From contig NC_043000.1 of assembly GCF_006345805.1 (NCBI RefSeq), positions 66,898,001 through 66,962,000 on the forward strand: a DNA stretch of 64,000 bases. Reading direction: 5' to 3'. The DNA is from Octopus sinensis. Lineage: Eukaryota. Made by a program: the position numbers and the translations under genes. Below the pieces are notes generated by a model that was not told where the DNA came from, searched no databases, and worked only from the letters and a program-made list of their open reading frames with translations. Each line of letters opens with the position of its first letter. Position 1 is the first letter of the stretch. Shown piece by piece: positions 48,640 through 62,719 of the stretch.

Positions 48640-49955
48640 TCATCACCATTATTATTTAACCTCCATTTTCCATGCTGGCATGGGTTGATGGTTTGACTGG
48701 AGCTGGTAAGACCAGGGGTCGCACCTGGTTCCATTGTCTGTTCTGGCATGATTTCTATGGCTGAATGCTTTTCCTAATGCCAACCATGTTACAGAGTGTA
48801 CTGGGTGCTTTTTATGTGGCTCCAGTATCACTTCTGCAGTGGCAGATGGGTTTTCTCAAGTACAGCAAGGTGCCAGTATCTCAATCCTTAGTCATCTCCT
48901 TCGTAAGGCTCAGTGTCTTGTGGTTGGCCTTCAATACTTTGTCCCATGTCTTTCTGGCTCTCCCACTTCCACAAGTTCTGTCCACTTTAAATGATTGGCA
49001 CTTCTGTATGCAACTGTCTCCATCCAAACTGCATATGATAATTTAAATATGAACAAAAATATTCAAATGTCTTTAGTTCACCGGACTTGAAAGAAATGAA
49101 GTTAATGAAGCTAGTATGCTTTGGTGGATGTGCAATGTCAGTATGCATACACGACAAAGAGTAAGTGTCTTGAGAGAAAAGTTGGGCACGTGAGGCATGA
49201 CTTATAGTGTGCAAGAGGGACTACTGAACTGGTATGGTCATGTGATGCGTATGGATGAGGAAAGTTGTGTGAAGTGCCAATCTCTAATGGTGGAGGGAAC
49301 CTGTGGAAGAGATAGACCCAGGAAGACAAGGGGTGAATTGGTGAAAAATGATCTTTGAATATTGGGCCTTGCAGAGGCAATGACAAGTGACTGAAACCTT
49401 GGGCAATATGCCATGCTTGAGAAGACCCATGAAGCCAAGTGAAATCATAGTCATGGCCAATACTAGTGTTGCGTAACTGGCACCCATGTTGGTGGCACAT
49501 AAAAAGCACCCTTTGAATGTTGGGCTATATGTTGTGCTTCAGATGACTGTTGACCCAAGTGATCTTTGGGCGATATGTTTGATATATTGTACTTGAGAAG
49601 ACCCATAAAGCCAAGTGAAATCATAGTTGTGGCCAATACCAGTGTCACATAACTGGCACCCATGCCAGTGGCATATAAAAAGCACCATTCAAACCCTGGG
49701 GCCTCATGGAGGCAGTGACAAGTGACTGAGATCTTTGGCTGTATATCATGCCTGAGAAGACCTGTCAAGCCAAGTGAGATTGTAGTTATGGCCGATGCTG
49801 GTGGCATGTAAAAAGCACTCACTACCCTCCTGGAGTGGTTGACATTAGGAAGGGCATCCAGCCATAGGAACTATGCCAAATAAGATTGGTACCTGGTGCA
49901 GCTTACTACCTTTCAGTCAAACCATTCAATCCTTGCCAGCATGGAAAATGGACAT
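48640..49955. mobile_element. Two RTE 3' fragments in opposite orientation (~48640-49035 minus, ~49090-49955 plus)
   Basis: Shared coding end (CGRG/DR.RKT) and CC.TGCCAGCATGGAAAATGGA tail on opposite strands. Confidence 0.75.
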
Positions 49956-51263
49956 TACCGTGGTGGAGTTTACCTATGGTGAAATTTACCGGTCACCGGC
50001 CATACTGGGATACTACTTTGAAGAATTTTTAGTTGAATGAATCAACTCCAGTACCTACGTTTTTCTAGGCCTGGTACTTATTCTGTTGGTCTCTTTTGCC
50101 AAACCACTAAGTTACAGGGATGTAAACACACCAGCACTGGTTGTCAACCAGTGATGGAGGACAAACATGCATGCACACACATGTACACACATCTTTTAGA
50201 TTTGTTTACAGGAAATGTTTGAATATGCATATAAAGCTCCTATTCCATTATTCCAGCTACAATCTAATGATGCTGATTGGTGAACCAGTTTTTTGATAAA
50301 CGACCCTCAGTTAAACATCCATTAATGTTATATTGCCTGAAGGAAGGAATCCATAAAGATGATCTGCCCAATACCATCAGATACTGTGGACTACACTGTA
50401 ATCATCCCAGTTTATATATATATATATATATATATGATGCGTTTCTTTCAGTTTCTATCTGTGAAATCCATTCACAGGGCTTTGGTTGGCCTGAGGCTAT
50501 AGTAGAAAACAGTTGTCCAAGGTACCATGCAGTGGCAAGCTTCTTACCACATAGCCACACCTACACCTAATATATGTGTGTGTTTGTTTTTACTCTTGTC
50601 TAGACTTCATGAGATGGTTGTGAATGAGCATCATTATCATACAAATGAAGTTGTTCATTTCCAGTCTTCTGTGTAAAATATGTCTGGCCACAGGGAAATA
50701 TTACTTTATTTGGTAACAGATGAGGATTGACAACAGAAAGGGCATCTGGCAGCCATACAAAATCTGTCAACAAATTCTGTCTGAACCATGCAAGCAGAGA
50801 AAAGTGAACATTAAAACAATGATGCTGAAGAAGAGTAAGAAAGAATGTTAAAGTACCTTTTAAAAAATGCACTTTCGCAGAAATAAATTTTAGGGGTCCA
50901 CTATCATAGAAGTGCTATCATAAAGGTCACTTTAACTCTTTAGCATTTAAACCAGCCATATGTGGCCCAAATATTTTACCTTTTCTATGTTCAAGCCAGC
51001 CATATCTAGCCTCTCACACCTATCCTATAATGTCATTATAAAAATAAACAATTACATCTTCAACATCATGAAGCTACCAGATACTGCATGATTAACTCAA
51101 AGTTATGTGAATGAATAAACATTACATTTGACACAGTAACCTGAATGCTAAAGAATTAAGGGAAACAAAACTATATCTACATACAAAATGCAGAAATACC
51201 TCTACTAGAAATGTAGTGGTGTGCACAATAAGAATAAAAATTCTACTGTAACTTTTTTTATAG

Positions 51264-51379
51264 GATGATATGGATAGTGAGGGTGAAGATGATGAAACAG
51301 GTTACAAGCAGCATAAGAAACAATTTGATGATAAATATTTAATGAAGAAGCGAGAGAGAAGATTATGGGAAGAAAACAG
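51264..51379 (+). CDS. CDC45: CDC45 coding exon 6 (acidic loop and basic helix)
   Basis: ag|DDMDSEGEDDETG...KKRERRLWEEN-AG|gt; corresponds to the RRQRREWEARR region. Confidence 0.92.
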
Positions 51380-52744
51380 GTACAGATTTTCCTTATGTTT
51401 TTTTTATTGTCATCAATGTCATCATAGCTTTACATTTTTTTCATTTATTATTTTAATTTAAATAATGTTTGTTATAAAAACTATTGTAAATAAAATTACC
51501 ATGTAAGTTTTTGTAGGATTGATGTAACATTTTGTGGATGCTGTTGATTAAATCCAGATCAGCCCTGATTAAACCTTAGATCAGCCGACTTGTGATTAAA
51601 GGCACGCTAGCCATGGCTATGACATTTTTGTATGTCTATGTGGACTTATTTTAAGAAGGTAGGCTTTGATTTGGGAGAGATTTAGCTGCTATTTCTAACT
51701 GCTCAAGCAGCTACATAGGGGCTGATAAGAATAATTCTACTATAAAACGTGTTGGCTTCATCCTTACCATGTAAAACCACACCAGTTTGAATAATCGTCC
51801 TTAGTGAAAAGCAAATATTTCTGATCACATCCAGCTTGATAAGTGAAGATATCTCTGTTTGCACTTCTAATTAAATTTTCCTATAAATCCAAGGTTTATA
51901 CAGAACTTGGGAAACCTTAACTTTGTTTTCCATTTAGTAATTGAAATCTGTATATTAATACAATGGTACAGTCCTACCTACCTACCTATTTACCAACTAC
52001 GTACTTTTTGTGTCACATTAAGGGAAGTAACTCATCATCATCATCATTGTCGTTTAACATCTACCTGACATGCTAGCATGGGTGGGAAGGTTTCACAAGA
52101 GCCAGCCAGGCAGAAGCCTGCGCTAGATTTTTGTGACTGTTTTGGCAGGATTTTTACAGCCAGATGCCCTTGCTAACACCAACCACTCAGCAGAGTGGAC
52201 TTAGTGCTTTATACATGACATAACTCAAATAGAGCAAAAAAGAAAGAGTTGGTTGTTACACTTTTAGTAGTAGGAGAGGCAGCAGCAATAACTGACATTT
52301 ATGTTGAAAGAAATCTATACAGGTAATGGGAGAGAGAAGTAGTTGTTTATAATATATATATATATATAGTACAAAGTAGTAATGAAATATAGAGATAGAG
52401 AGAGAATAGTGAAAGAGGGAAATAGAAACAGCCGAATGAATGAAGAGATGGAGAAAGCCTGGGGAAAAAAAACCCAGAAATTTAGAAAACATATGTGATG
52501 ATAATGTTAAATTGTGGTGGTGACACTTTATACTGAAGTGTCAGAAAGTATGAATGAATAGAGAGAGAGAGAATGAGAGAAAGCTAGTTTTGGAGTTGTC
52601 ATAGGAAAGGAAGTGTGAAATAGAAGAGAAAATAAGACAGAATTCTAAGAAGTGAGAGACTGAATAAAAGTTGAAGTAAAGTAAACCTCCCTCCCCACTC
52701 TCTCTTTGAAGTATTTTTGAAGTGTATGTTAGTATATAAAATAA

Positions 52745-52925
52745 TCCTTTCTACTATAGGTACAAAGCCTGAAATTTTGGAGGAGAGGGTTAGTTGTTTA
52801 CATTGACCCCAAAAAGATGAAAGGCAAAGACAACCTCAGCAGAATTTGAACTCAGAATGTAAAGACATGAAGTGCCACTAAGCATTTTACCTGGAGTGCT
52901 AACAATTCTGCAGTTCACTGCCTTA
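52745..52925 (-). mobile_element. CpG-decayed SINE (373-725 family)
   Basis: GATGAAAGGCAAAG...GAATTTGAACTCAGAA...CTGCCTTA. Confidence 0.75.
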
Positions 52926-52937
52926 TAAGTATGAGAT

Positions 52938-53055
52938 ATTTACAGCACCTAGGTTTCCCAAGTGGTCACCCATCTAAGTACTGACTAAGCTCAACGTTGC
53001 TTAACTTTGGCGATCAGATGAGAATTGGTGCATTCAACATGCTATGGCTGTGAGC
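52938..53055 (-). pseudogene. 5S rRNA pseudogene
   Basis: Minus strand GCTCACAGCCATAGCATGTTGAATGCACC...GATC...AAGTTAAGC...AGTACTTAGATGGGTGACC...GGTGCTGTA; 118 nt, many transitions. Confidence 0.85.
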
Positions 53056-54217
53056 TATCAGGTCATTAAGAATGAAATGTCTGATTTTGAACTGAAGATT
53101 TATTTTATTTTATCTCAATAAAAAGCAATGTAGTGGGTCAAAGTATGCACCTAAATTATCAGCACAATTTTGCCATTTTAATGGTAGCTGGCAGCGAAGA
53201 ATTCTGGAGAGCAAGAGGTGATGAAATTACTAAAGGCTGTTTTTGCATCTTCTTCAGATTAGAATTTTTTCCTTGCAAAATGTTGTCTAATGCCTGGAAA
53301 ACATGATAATCAGCTTGTGCAAGGTCTGGTGAATATGGTGGATGGAAGAGTACTTCCAAGTTCAGTTCCTGTAACTTGAGTAGTGTTCTTTGTGCAATCT
53401 CGGTTATCTAATTGCAAGTTCACTCATCATTTCATCCAATTGGTTGATGTATACATCCGCTGTAATTGACTTTCCAGGTCTCATGAAGTTGTAGTGGATG
53501 ACACTAGTGCTGGACCACCAAACAGACACCATTAGCTTTATTCTTTTTTGGATTATGTTTTGGCACTTTGTCTCTATCCATCCATCATGCAGAATGCTGG
53601 CTATTTTTTAAAGAAATCCATTTTTTATCACACTTAACAGTGCGATGCAAAAATGGTTCGCTTTTATGCCATGATAGCAAAGAATGACAAGTTTCAAGAT
53701 GACGTGTCATTTGATGCTCATTCAGTTTGTGTGGAATCCACTTGTTCAGCTTCTTTACCTTGCCGATTTGTTTCAAATGGTCCAATACATTTGGAATCAA
53801 AACATCAAACCTTGCTGCTAACTCATGCATAGTTTGAGATGTATCTGCTTCCACCACAGTTTCCAGTTCATCATTATCTACCTTGTCCTCAGGTCTGCCA
53901 CGGGGCTGATTTTCAAGAGTAAGGTCACCAGATCGGAACTTCTCAAATTATTGATGTTCAGTGCACTCATTTGCCACATCTTCACCTAACACCTCATTGA
54001 TGTTTTGTGCTGTCTGGGATGCATTGGTTTCACAAAAATTGATTTACAAGAAAAAACTCACAATATAATCAGACACCATGAATTGCATTTCGAAAAGTGA
54101 TGATGTAACTCATCAATGTTGTAAAACAAAGAATTGTCAGGAAAAAAGCATTAGAGTTAACAACTGTCAAACTTGGTGCATAAGAAAATCAGACATTTCA
54201 TTCTTAATGACTTGATA
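53056..54217 (-). mobile_element. mariner element with both TIRs, decayed DD34D transposase
   Basis: TATCAGGTCATTAAGAATGAAATGTCTGATTTT TIR and its mirror at 54185-54217; WIPH, CDKKW, HPPYSPDLAQADYHVF. Confidence 0.92.
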
Positions 54218-54869
54218 ATATATAAAATAATGGCATGATGGAGATGATAAAGGATCAGGGTGATTGGCAATTCCCTTTATTCAGCAAGATCTGTTCAGCT
54301 TGATAAATGTGAGGTCCTAAAAGCATTATATTTATGTGTATACTCTCACTGGGCTCTGCCCTGCACCCAATCTCTCACCATCTAGCCTTCTCCACCTCTT
54401 ACTTTCTTAACACCTATCCTTCCACTATTGTCACTATGATGCTATTCAGCTGCTGTGTTCATATGAAAATAGAATATACACATATTTTATTGTGCTCCAT
54501 GTACCTCCTCCTCTCCTTGGAACCACTTCTTTTTAAAATTCATCCTTCATTCTCAATATCATCCCTTCCCACTTTATTTTTCACTGATCACTCCTTTCTA
54601 TTCTTCCAGTTATCTCACTCTCTCCTCTGAGATACCACTTCAACTGCTATACCTCACCCTTAACACCGTCTGTTATTTGCTATCATTCTTGGAACCCTCT
54701 CATATCTCCTGTCAAACATACTTTGTCCTTGATATACTTCTGACATTTGCCTCTATCATTGTATCTCTCTCTCTGTCTCTCTCTCTCACTCACCTTGCAC
54801 ATCATCTCCTTTCTCTCTGATCTGTTACAACTTCATTATTCTGCTGCTCTCCACCCTTCCTGTACTGTT

Positions 54870-55103
54870 TCTTATTTCTTTACTGCCCACAAGGGGCTAC
54901 ACACAAAGGGGACAAACAAGGACAGACAAACGGATTGAGTCAATTATATCAACGACAGTGTGTAACTGGTACTTATTTAATCAATCCTGAAAGGATGAAA
55001 GGCAAAGTCAACCTTGGCGGAATTTTAACTCAGAACGTAGCGGCAAACAAAATACCTCTAAGCATTTCGCCCAGCATGCTGACGTTTCTGCCAGCTTGCT
55101 GCC
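54870..55103 (-). mobile_element. Full-length SINE (373-725 family)
   Basis: Colinear with 494-725, with CG>TG/CA changes. Confidence 0.85.
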
Positions 55104-56689
55104 TGTACTGTTTCTTGTCACCACATCCTTTCTGAGCTACTCCTATTTCTTTCACCTTCCCCACATCAACTCTGATATTTATCATTGACTTTACTTCCAC
55201 CTTCGTTCCATTCACCTCTAACCATCTGTGACCTTCCTCTCATACTCTAATGAACTTATCCACCCACCCCTCCAAATATTTTGTCTGTATTCTCTCTTAT
55301 TCTCACCTTGAATTTCAAGAGCATACCCTGACACTTCACCACCACAATCATTGTCTTCTTTCTAGCTAATCCCAACCCTTATATAGTGCAGAGTAGCAAT
55401 ATAAGTCGTCTATATAGCAAAACACCCATGTCTGTTCCTCTTTCATATTTTAGCCTCTCAACACCTATCAAAACACTCTATTTGAAGTTTTTCTGTGTCT
55501 CATCAGTCTATGGCTCTGACTTGAAAGTTTCTTGCTAAGGTGCAAGCTGGGAGTCAAGTTTTATGAAAGACTAGCAGTTATCCATAGTTGCAAGCCTCTC
55601 CTTTCCATGCTATTGATATTGTCCATCTAAAAGACAAGGACCAATACAGCTTGGCATCAGTGTTGTTGCAAGTAATGCCATTAGAATGCAAAGTCCCAGA
55701 ACAGATACTGCAAAGCATCCTGTCCAATGTTCTCACACTTCTACCAATCCACAGCCCTGGACTGCTACTATTTTATCAACCTTCGAAAGGATGAGAAGCA
55801 GAGTTGACCTTGAAAGAATTTGAACTCAAAATGCAGAGAACCAGAGCAAATACCATAAAGCTTTCTGTCATGCTGTTATGACTGCCAATTCACTGATACG
55901 TTGTGTCTGGATAAGTCTGTATCAAGGGACTGATCTGGGATTAAATAATAATCCTAATTTACTTTGGATGCAATTTCAAAAAGTCCTCTCATATGACCAA
56001 TTTAGATTAGTCATATATAAAGGATATTTATAAATTGTAAAGCAAAGTCGTGTGAAGAAACTGTTTTGAATTTAATGTACACAAAAATAAAAAAATTATT
56101 GATAAATCATTTTGGTTAGGTTTCCTTCCTTTTCTCAATGTGGCTGGGTTTAATTTCCATTTCTTGATATAGTGAGGTTTCTTTCTCTTTCTATTAAAAA
56201 AAAAAGCTTGGTTATGTATATTTATGGAAAATAGCCGTGTTAAATTGTAATCCTTTGGAATGTTGCTGAAATAATCTAGGAAACAGATGTTTGATTGAAT
56301 TTGTTCAAATTTTCATGAGATTTAAAATAAATGCCTCTTCAAATGTTGTAGCTGAAAATGTATAGTGTATTCTTACCATGTGACAGAATATGGTATGAAA
56401 AATACTTTATAAATTCTTAACTGTAGAAAAGATTAAAGCAATGTAACACATTTTAAGGATTTGACAACTGACAGGACACTTTGGGATAGATCAATAATGA
56501 GATGGTTGGGAACCCAACTAGAAAGTGTAATGACAGTTGCTTCTGATAGGATCTTATGGAGAAGGAGCCTGAGGACACTACCATAATAATCCCCACCCCT
56601 CCCCATAGTGGGCGGAGAAAATGGATGAATGGATAGATGGACAACATAATAGCTTTAGTCAAACTATAGGATAATATGTCAGTACCTTT

Positions 56690-56890
56690 CAAGTGGCAAG
56701 CTGGCTGAATCATTAGTATGCGAGGCAAAATGCTTAGTGGTATTTTAACCATCTCTATGTCCTGAATTCAAATTCTGTCTTGGTCGATTTTGCCTTTTGT
56801 CCTTTCAGGGTCAATAAAATAAGTACCAGTTGAGCACTGGGGTTGTGCCAAAATTTGAGCACTGGCCTTGTGCCAAAATTTGAAACCAAT
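56690..56890 (+). mobile_element. Decayed SINE (373-725 family)
   Basis: GTGGCAAGCTGGCTGAATC head, GAATTCAAATTC, AATAAGTACCAGTTGAGCACTGG. Confidence 0.7.
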
Positions 56891-57002
56891 ATATCAGTAC
56901 CTTAAACTCATGACCACTGCACAACTATATTATAAACAGTTGATTTAATTTATATTTAGAGATTAGAATGTTTGAATCAATATCAGTTTCATTGTATTTC
57001 AG

Positions 57003-57051
57003 AAACAAGACCTTGTTCACATATACACAGTTTTCTTCTTTTGGAACATCT
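57003..57051 (+). CDS. CDC45: CDC45 coding exon 7
   Basis: cag|(R)NKTLFTYTQFSSFGTS|gtaagt; matches RDILFDYEQYEYHGTS; phase consistent. Confidence 0.9.
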
Positions 57052-57634
57052 GTAAGTAATAACACATCACATATTGTTTTCCCATTTTATACATTTCATA
57101 CAGATATTATCCATTACATTCTTAATAATTTTTAGATTGATGTGAAGTATTTCCTTTAATCATGAGATATTTTATGTAAATTCTGTTCAAACTGGTTTCA
57201 TATAATAAGGAAATGAAGGCATTTTTCCAGCTTCATTGTTATTTAACCCAAGTTCAGCACTGACCTATGACCAAAGGCATTCAAGCTGTGACCATGCTAT
57301 TTTTATCACACACACTATAAAGATTACATTAACCAATTTGGCTTTCTTACTTTTAAAAACACAGTAAAGTGTTGACTGTTTCCAACTCAATTCATTACTT
57401 ATCTCATTTTATATTCATTAAGTAAGAATATGTTGTTTATTGATTTTTAGTCATGTTGAATGAGTAAATGACTTATTTTAGAAAGAATAATTGATTAATT
57501 AAATAACTTGAAACAGATAGTAAATTGAATGAATAAATGTGTGCTTGTGTTTGTATATGCATATATATGTAACTTCATTATTTTTCTCAGAGCACTGTTG
57601 CATAATGAGTGAATTTTCACTTCTATGTTTTTTT

Positions 57635-60600
57635 TAGATATTGATATTCTTAAACTCAGGCTGGTCTTGCAGAATAGCCTAGCATCAATTATCTCTGCCT
57701 ATGCCCACAGTTGGCCTACCAAATGAACAGAACAGCTATTTTTATGATATTCTTTTACAGGCTGCCTTTAAGACAAATGATGAAGATCTCATCTCTGTGG
57801 CTGGTGACTTCAATGGGCATGTCAGATGGCAACCCAGTATCTTCCATGGTGTGCATGGGGGCTGTGGAATTGGTTCCCAAAACAAAGAGGGAACAAGGCT
57901 ACTGGAGTTTTGTGATGCAAATAACCTATCGATCTGCAACACCAACTTCAGAAAGCTGACCAGTCACCTGATAACCTACCAATCAGGTGGCTATGCTAGC
58001 CAGCTCGATTACATTCTCACCAGGCAGCAGGATGCATGGTTGCTCTTAAATACAAAGACCCTCCCTGGTGAAGAATGTATCCCCAGCATAGACAAGTCAT
58101 AATAATTTTAGACTCCAGGCTAGAAGGATGCCAAGAAGCAGACCAATCTGGAAAAGAAAGACTTGGAAGCTTAAGGACCCTTCATATGGTCAGAGATTTA
58201 GAGACATTTGATTGAGAAATTTGATGAGAGGGAGGAGGAGCTACAAACTTGTCACATAGAGGGCTACTGGGTGCAGCATGCTGAGTGCCACAGACCAAAT
58301 CTGTGGGTGGTGCAAAGTCCCAACCAGACATACGGTAACATAGTGGTGGAACATTGCCATAGATAGGGCCATTAGAGCAAAGAAACAGGCCCGGAAGACC
58401 TTGAAGAGTGAGGGTAGCAGGGAATTGTATCAGATAGCCAGAAGGGAAGCTAGGAGACTGGTATATGAAGCCAAGAGAGAAGCAGAGAAGAGTAAGTTTG
58501 CCTATGTTCAGTGATGTGTGGACCAAAGACTTGAAGTGTTTCGGATTGCAAAACAGTGTGTGAGAGAAAATCGTGATGTTATAAGAGAGAAATGTCTCTG
58601 CATGGATGATGGTGCACTTGCATTTAGTAATTCTGCAAAGAAAGAGGCTTGGAAATGTTATTATGAAAGACTGATGAATGTAGAGAATGAATGCGAGGAG
58701 GAGAGTCTGCAAAATGTTGACCCAGTTGAGGGACCAGCTATCCGAATCAACACTCCTTGGTAGATAAAGCAATTAAGGACATGAAAACAGGGAAAGCCCT
58801 TGGTCCTTCAGGAATCACCGCTGAGGTGCTTAAATTATATGGCAGTGTAGGTTATGGTCTAGTCACCTGTATTGTAAATCAGGTGATTCATGAAAGAGTC
58901 ATACCCAATTACTGGTGTATTAGCACAATAATTAACTGCTTCAAAGGTAAAGTTGATGCCTTAGATAGAAATAATTACAGAGGTATCAAATTGTTGGATC
59001 AGGTGATGAAAGTTACGGAGACATTCATAGCCCAACTAATTAAGAGAAGAATTAGTCTGGATGAGATCAAGTTTGGTTTTATGCCAGGGAGAAGCACCAT
59101 TGGTGCTATATTTCTAGTAAAAATAAACCTCTGTACTTAACTTTTGCTGACTTGGAGAAAGCTTTTGACAGAGTCCCCTGATCCCTTATCTGGTGGTCAA
59201 TGTGGAAACTAGGGATAAACAAGTGGCTGGGGAGAGCTGTACAAGCCATGTACAAAGACGCTATCAGTAAGGTGAGGATTGGCAACGAGTACAGCGAAGA
59301 ATTCAGGGTACAAATAGGGGCTCATCAAGGATCGGTCCTAAGCCCCTTCTTGTTCATCATAGTCCTCCAGGCAATAACAGGAATTTAAGACAGGCTGTCC
59401 CTGGAAACTCCTCTATGCTAATGACCTTGTTCTTATAGCTGAATCACTACCAGAACTAGAGAAAAAGTTTCAGGTATGGAAGCAAGGTCTAGAATTGAAG
59501 GGCCATAGAGTTAATCTAGCAAAAACCAAAGTCTTAGTAAGTAGGAAGGCAGACAAATCACAAGTCCTTTTATGTAGATGGGTACTGATATATCTGTAGA
59601 AAAAGTGTAGATAGTAACTCTGTAAGATGCACCCAATGTAAGCTTTGGAGACATAAAAGGTGCTGTAATATGAGAAGAACGTTAACAGGGAAAATAGCTT
59701 TTGTGTGTGATAGATGCACAAGTACAATAAACACCAAAAATGTACAGAAAATAGACTCCATCAACTGCCATGGGGGCAAGCTAGAGGTCGTAGATAGTTT
59801 CCGTTACCTAGGTGATCAAGGTAGTAGTGGAGGTGGAAGCTCCGAGAGCATAGCTGTGAGAATAAGATTAGGCTGGGCAAAGTTCAGAGAGCTCCTACCT
59901 CTGTTGACAACAAAGGGCCTCTCCCTCAGAGTGAAAGGCAGATTGTATGATGTCTGTGTGTGAACAGCCCTGCTACACAGCAGTGAAACATGGGCTGTGA
60001 TAGCCAAGGACATGCGTAGGCTTGAAAGAAATGAAGCCAGTATGCTTTGCTGGATGTGCAATGTCAGTGTGCATGTTCAACAGAGTGTAAGCATCTTGAG
60101 AGAAAAGTTATGAATTCGCTGGTATGGTCATGTGATGTGTTGGATGCAGACAGCTGTGTAAAGAAGTGCCAATTCCTAACTGTGAAGGGAACCTGTGGTA
60201 GAGCCAAGAAGACATGGGACGAGGTGGTGAAGCATTATCTCTGAACTTTGAACCTCACAGAGGCAATGATTAGTAACCAAGACCTTTGGCAATATGCTGT
60301 GCTGGAGAAGATCTGTCAAGCCAAGTGAAATTGCAGTCGTGGCTGATGCTGGTGTCACATAACCAGCACCCATGCAGGTGGCATGTAAAAAGCACCTTTC
60401 AAATGCCAAGTCCCACAGAGGAAAAGTGGTTGAGCTCCTTTTGAATGTTGAGATTCACAGAGGCAATGACTAAGACCATTGGCATTATGTTGTGCTTGAG
60501 AAGAAGACCCATCAAGCTAAGTAAAATTGTAATCGTGGCAGATACTGATGTCATGCAAATGGTACTCGTGCCTGTGGTACGTAAAAGCACCTTTCGACCA

Positions 60601-60845
60601 TTGGGTCATGGAAGCAAGGACTGAGACTATTTGGCATTATGCTGTGCATGAGAAGAACTGGTGTCACGCAAATGGCATGTAAAAGCACCAATATACTCTC
60701 GGAATGGTTGGCGTTAAGAAGGGCATCCAGCCATAGAAACCATGCCAAAACAGACTGGAGTTTGGTGCAGTCTTCCAGCTTGCCTGTCCTGGTCAAACCA
60801 TCCACCCCATGCTAGCATGGACAACGAATGGTGATGATGGTATGG
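57635..60845 (+). mobile_element. Near-complete RTE-clade LINE, decayed
   Basis: AGDFNGHV, QLDYIL (APE); NYRGIKLL, FGFMPGRST, DLEKAFD, HQGSVLSP, FRYLG; tandemly duplicated 3' region; GATGAT tail. Confidence 0.9.
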
Positions 60846-61589
60846 GATGAATAGGTACATTGTGCAGTATATCATGACTTAAAATGGCCTTCCATCACTG
60901 CATTTGTAATGCCCCAGTATGCTATAATTGTTACACCATCGCTTCTTTTTGCATCTTCCTTGGTAGTTCTTTTATGCAAGCACTTTCTTCCAACAACACA
61001 TACCTTTCACCTTGTAATCATAGTCCTATTGCATCATATGTGCATATCAATGCAGTCAATTCACCTACACTCTCTATGTCATGAACACTAACAGATCATG
61101 CTCTTCTCATTTGTCTACAGCTATTACAGCTGTTTCGTGTTCAGTACTCATATCTAACTACAGTATAACATAACACATTTTATATATTTTTCATACAGTC
61201 TCTCTTTCACTAGAACTTATAAATCCTTTGTAACTGACAGATGAACAACTTCTTAAACTTCTACCATCTTTTCTTTACTCTATAGTAACTATATTTTTGC
61301 TACAAGCATCTCCTGCACTAGTTAGATAAGTTGGGTTTGTCACGTGTTAATGTAGTTGATAATGAAAATTGAACTCTTGCCAGGAATTGAACTCTTGACT
61401 TCACATTCTCATGATCATGAGTCGAATATCCTAAATTCTAAGCCACACATGTTTATTGTAGCAAGCACTACTCATACCATTAACTTCATTGAAGAAATAG
61501 GAACTCCAGTCACTTGCTCACGATATTTTTACATTCCAGTAACATTAGCACATGCATATCTAAACTATTATCAAACAAATATTCAACAA

Positions 61590-61648
61590 AACATCTTGTC
61601 ATACTTCAATGTGAACAACATCTTGTCATACTTCAATGTGAACAACAA
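61590..61648. repeat. 27-bp tandem duplication
   Basis: AACATCTTGTCATACTTCAATGTGAAC twice. Confidence 0.9.
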
Positions 61649-62623
61649 ACTTTGAAATACATCCCTGTACCAATGGACTTGAACTGCAGATTAGTTGAAC
61701 TCACAACCCAAAATTCAACATATAAAATCAGGATGAAATGTGTAGCCCTGTGGCTCGCCAGATTTTGTCAACCTGTCAAACCCATGCCAGTACAGAAAAA
61801 TAGCTGTTAATGATGATGATGCTAACAAATAGCCACTTCTGATCTTTTAAGGAAAGCTATATTGTTATGAACATAATGAGACACAAGAGATACCATGAAA
61901 GCCACATGGAAAACTTTACCATTGAGACAAGCAAGAATTACATTACTTATTAATATTTTGCTAAATGCTGTAAACCACTAACATTTTTTCTTTGCTGATG
62001 TTGGCTTCAAGACTTTTGGTACCAAATCAAGCATAGTTATCTCCCCATATGAATAAAATATTCCATTTCAATTTGGAGTTATCACCCCTTATAAATTATT
62101 TGCACAGTCCCACTTAACCAGTGAAATAATGAGGTCACAAAACAACACCTATCAGAGGGTGAAATAAACAAAGCAGAGCCAACGACCATTCAATAGCTCT
62201 GGTGGGAGAAGACCCCACTTCTTTAAACTACATCAGTGGTTTTTAACCTTTCCGAGTTGTGTGTTCCCTCTCATTGAATGGCATTTTACAAATGCCTCTT
62301 TACATTATCATCATCATCATTGTTCTAACGGCTACTTTTCCATCAAAAGCAGACGTTAAACGATGATGATGATGATATAGTGCATTTCATCACAAATTTG
62401 ATCACAAAGCACCAACAGATTATTCTCAAAGAAATTATTAATTTAGTTAAAGAAAATGATTAGTTTCACTTGTCATACTTGATACAAAATTAATATCCAT
62501 TACAATCATCTTTCACAATACTTCTGTATTATCTTATCCTGTTTAATCTTTCTGTCTTTATGATAACATGAATGTCAAATTATTTTTATTTCTAAAAAAA
62601 CTGTTTTGCATTTCTTTTTAAAG

Positions 62624-62685
62624 GCTGCTCTTCTGATGTTGGAAATGGCATGGACCATGTCAAAAGACACAAATGACTTAATCTG
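62624..62685 (+). CDS. CDC45: CDC45 coding exon 8 (gene continues beyond window)
   Basis: aag|AALLMLEMAWTMSKDTNDLI-TG|gt; matches [21 protein letters not shown]. Confidence 0.93.
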
Positions 62686-62719
62686 GTTAGTTTAAATTCT
62701 TATAATACATTATTGTGAG

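Noticed and set aside
52938-53055. Functional 5S rRNA gene
   Set aside because: Isolated, many stem-disrupting transitions, no terminator.
57635-60845. Active or domesticated RTE
   Set aside because: Numerous stops and frameshifts; catalytic YADD reads YAND.
61120-61160. GAAA-CAGCUG-UA half of an HHR on minus strand
   Set aside because: CUGA part of the core and stem I are missing.
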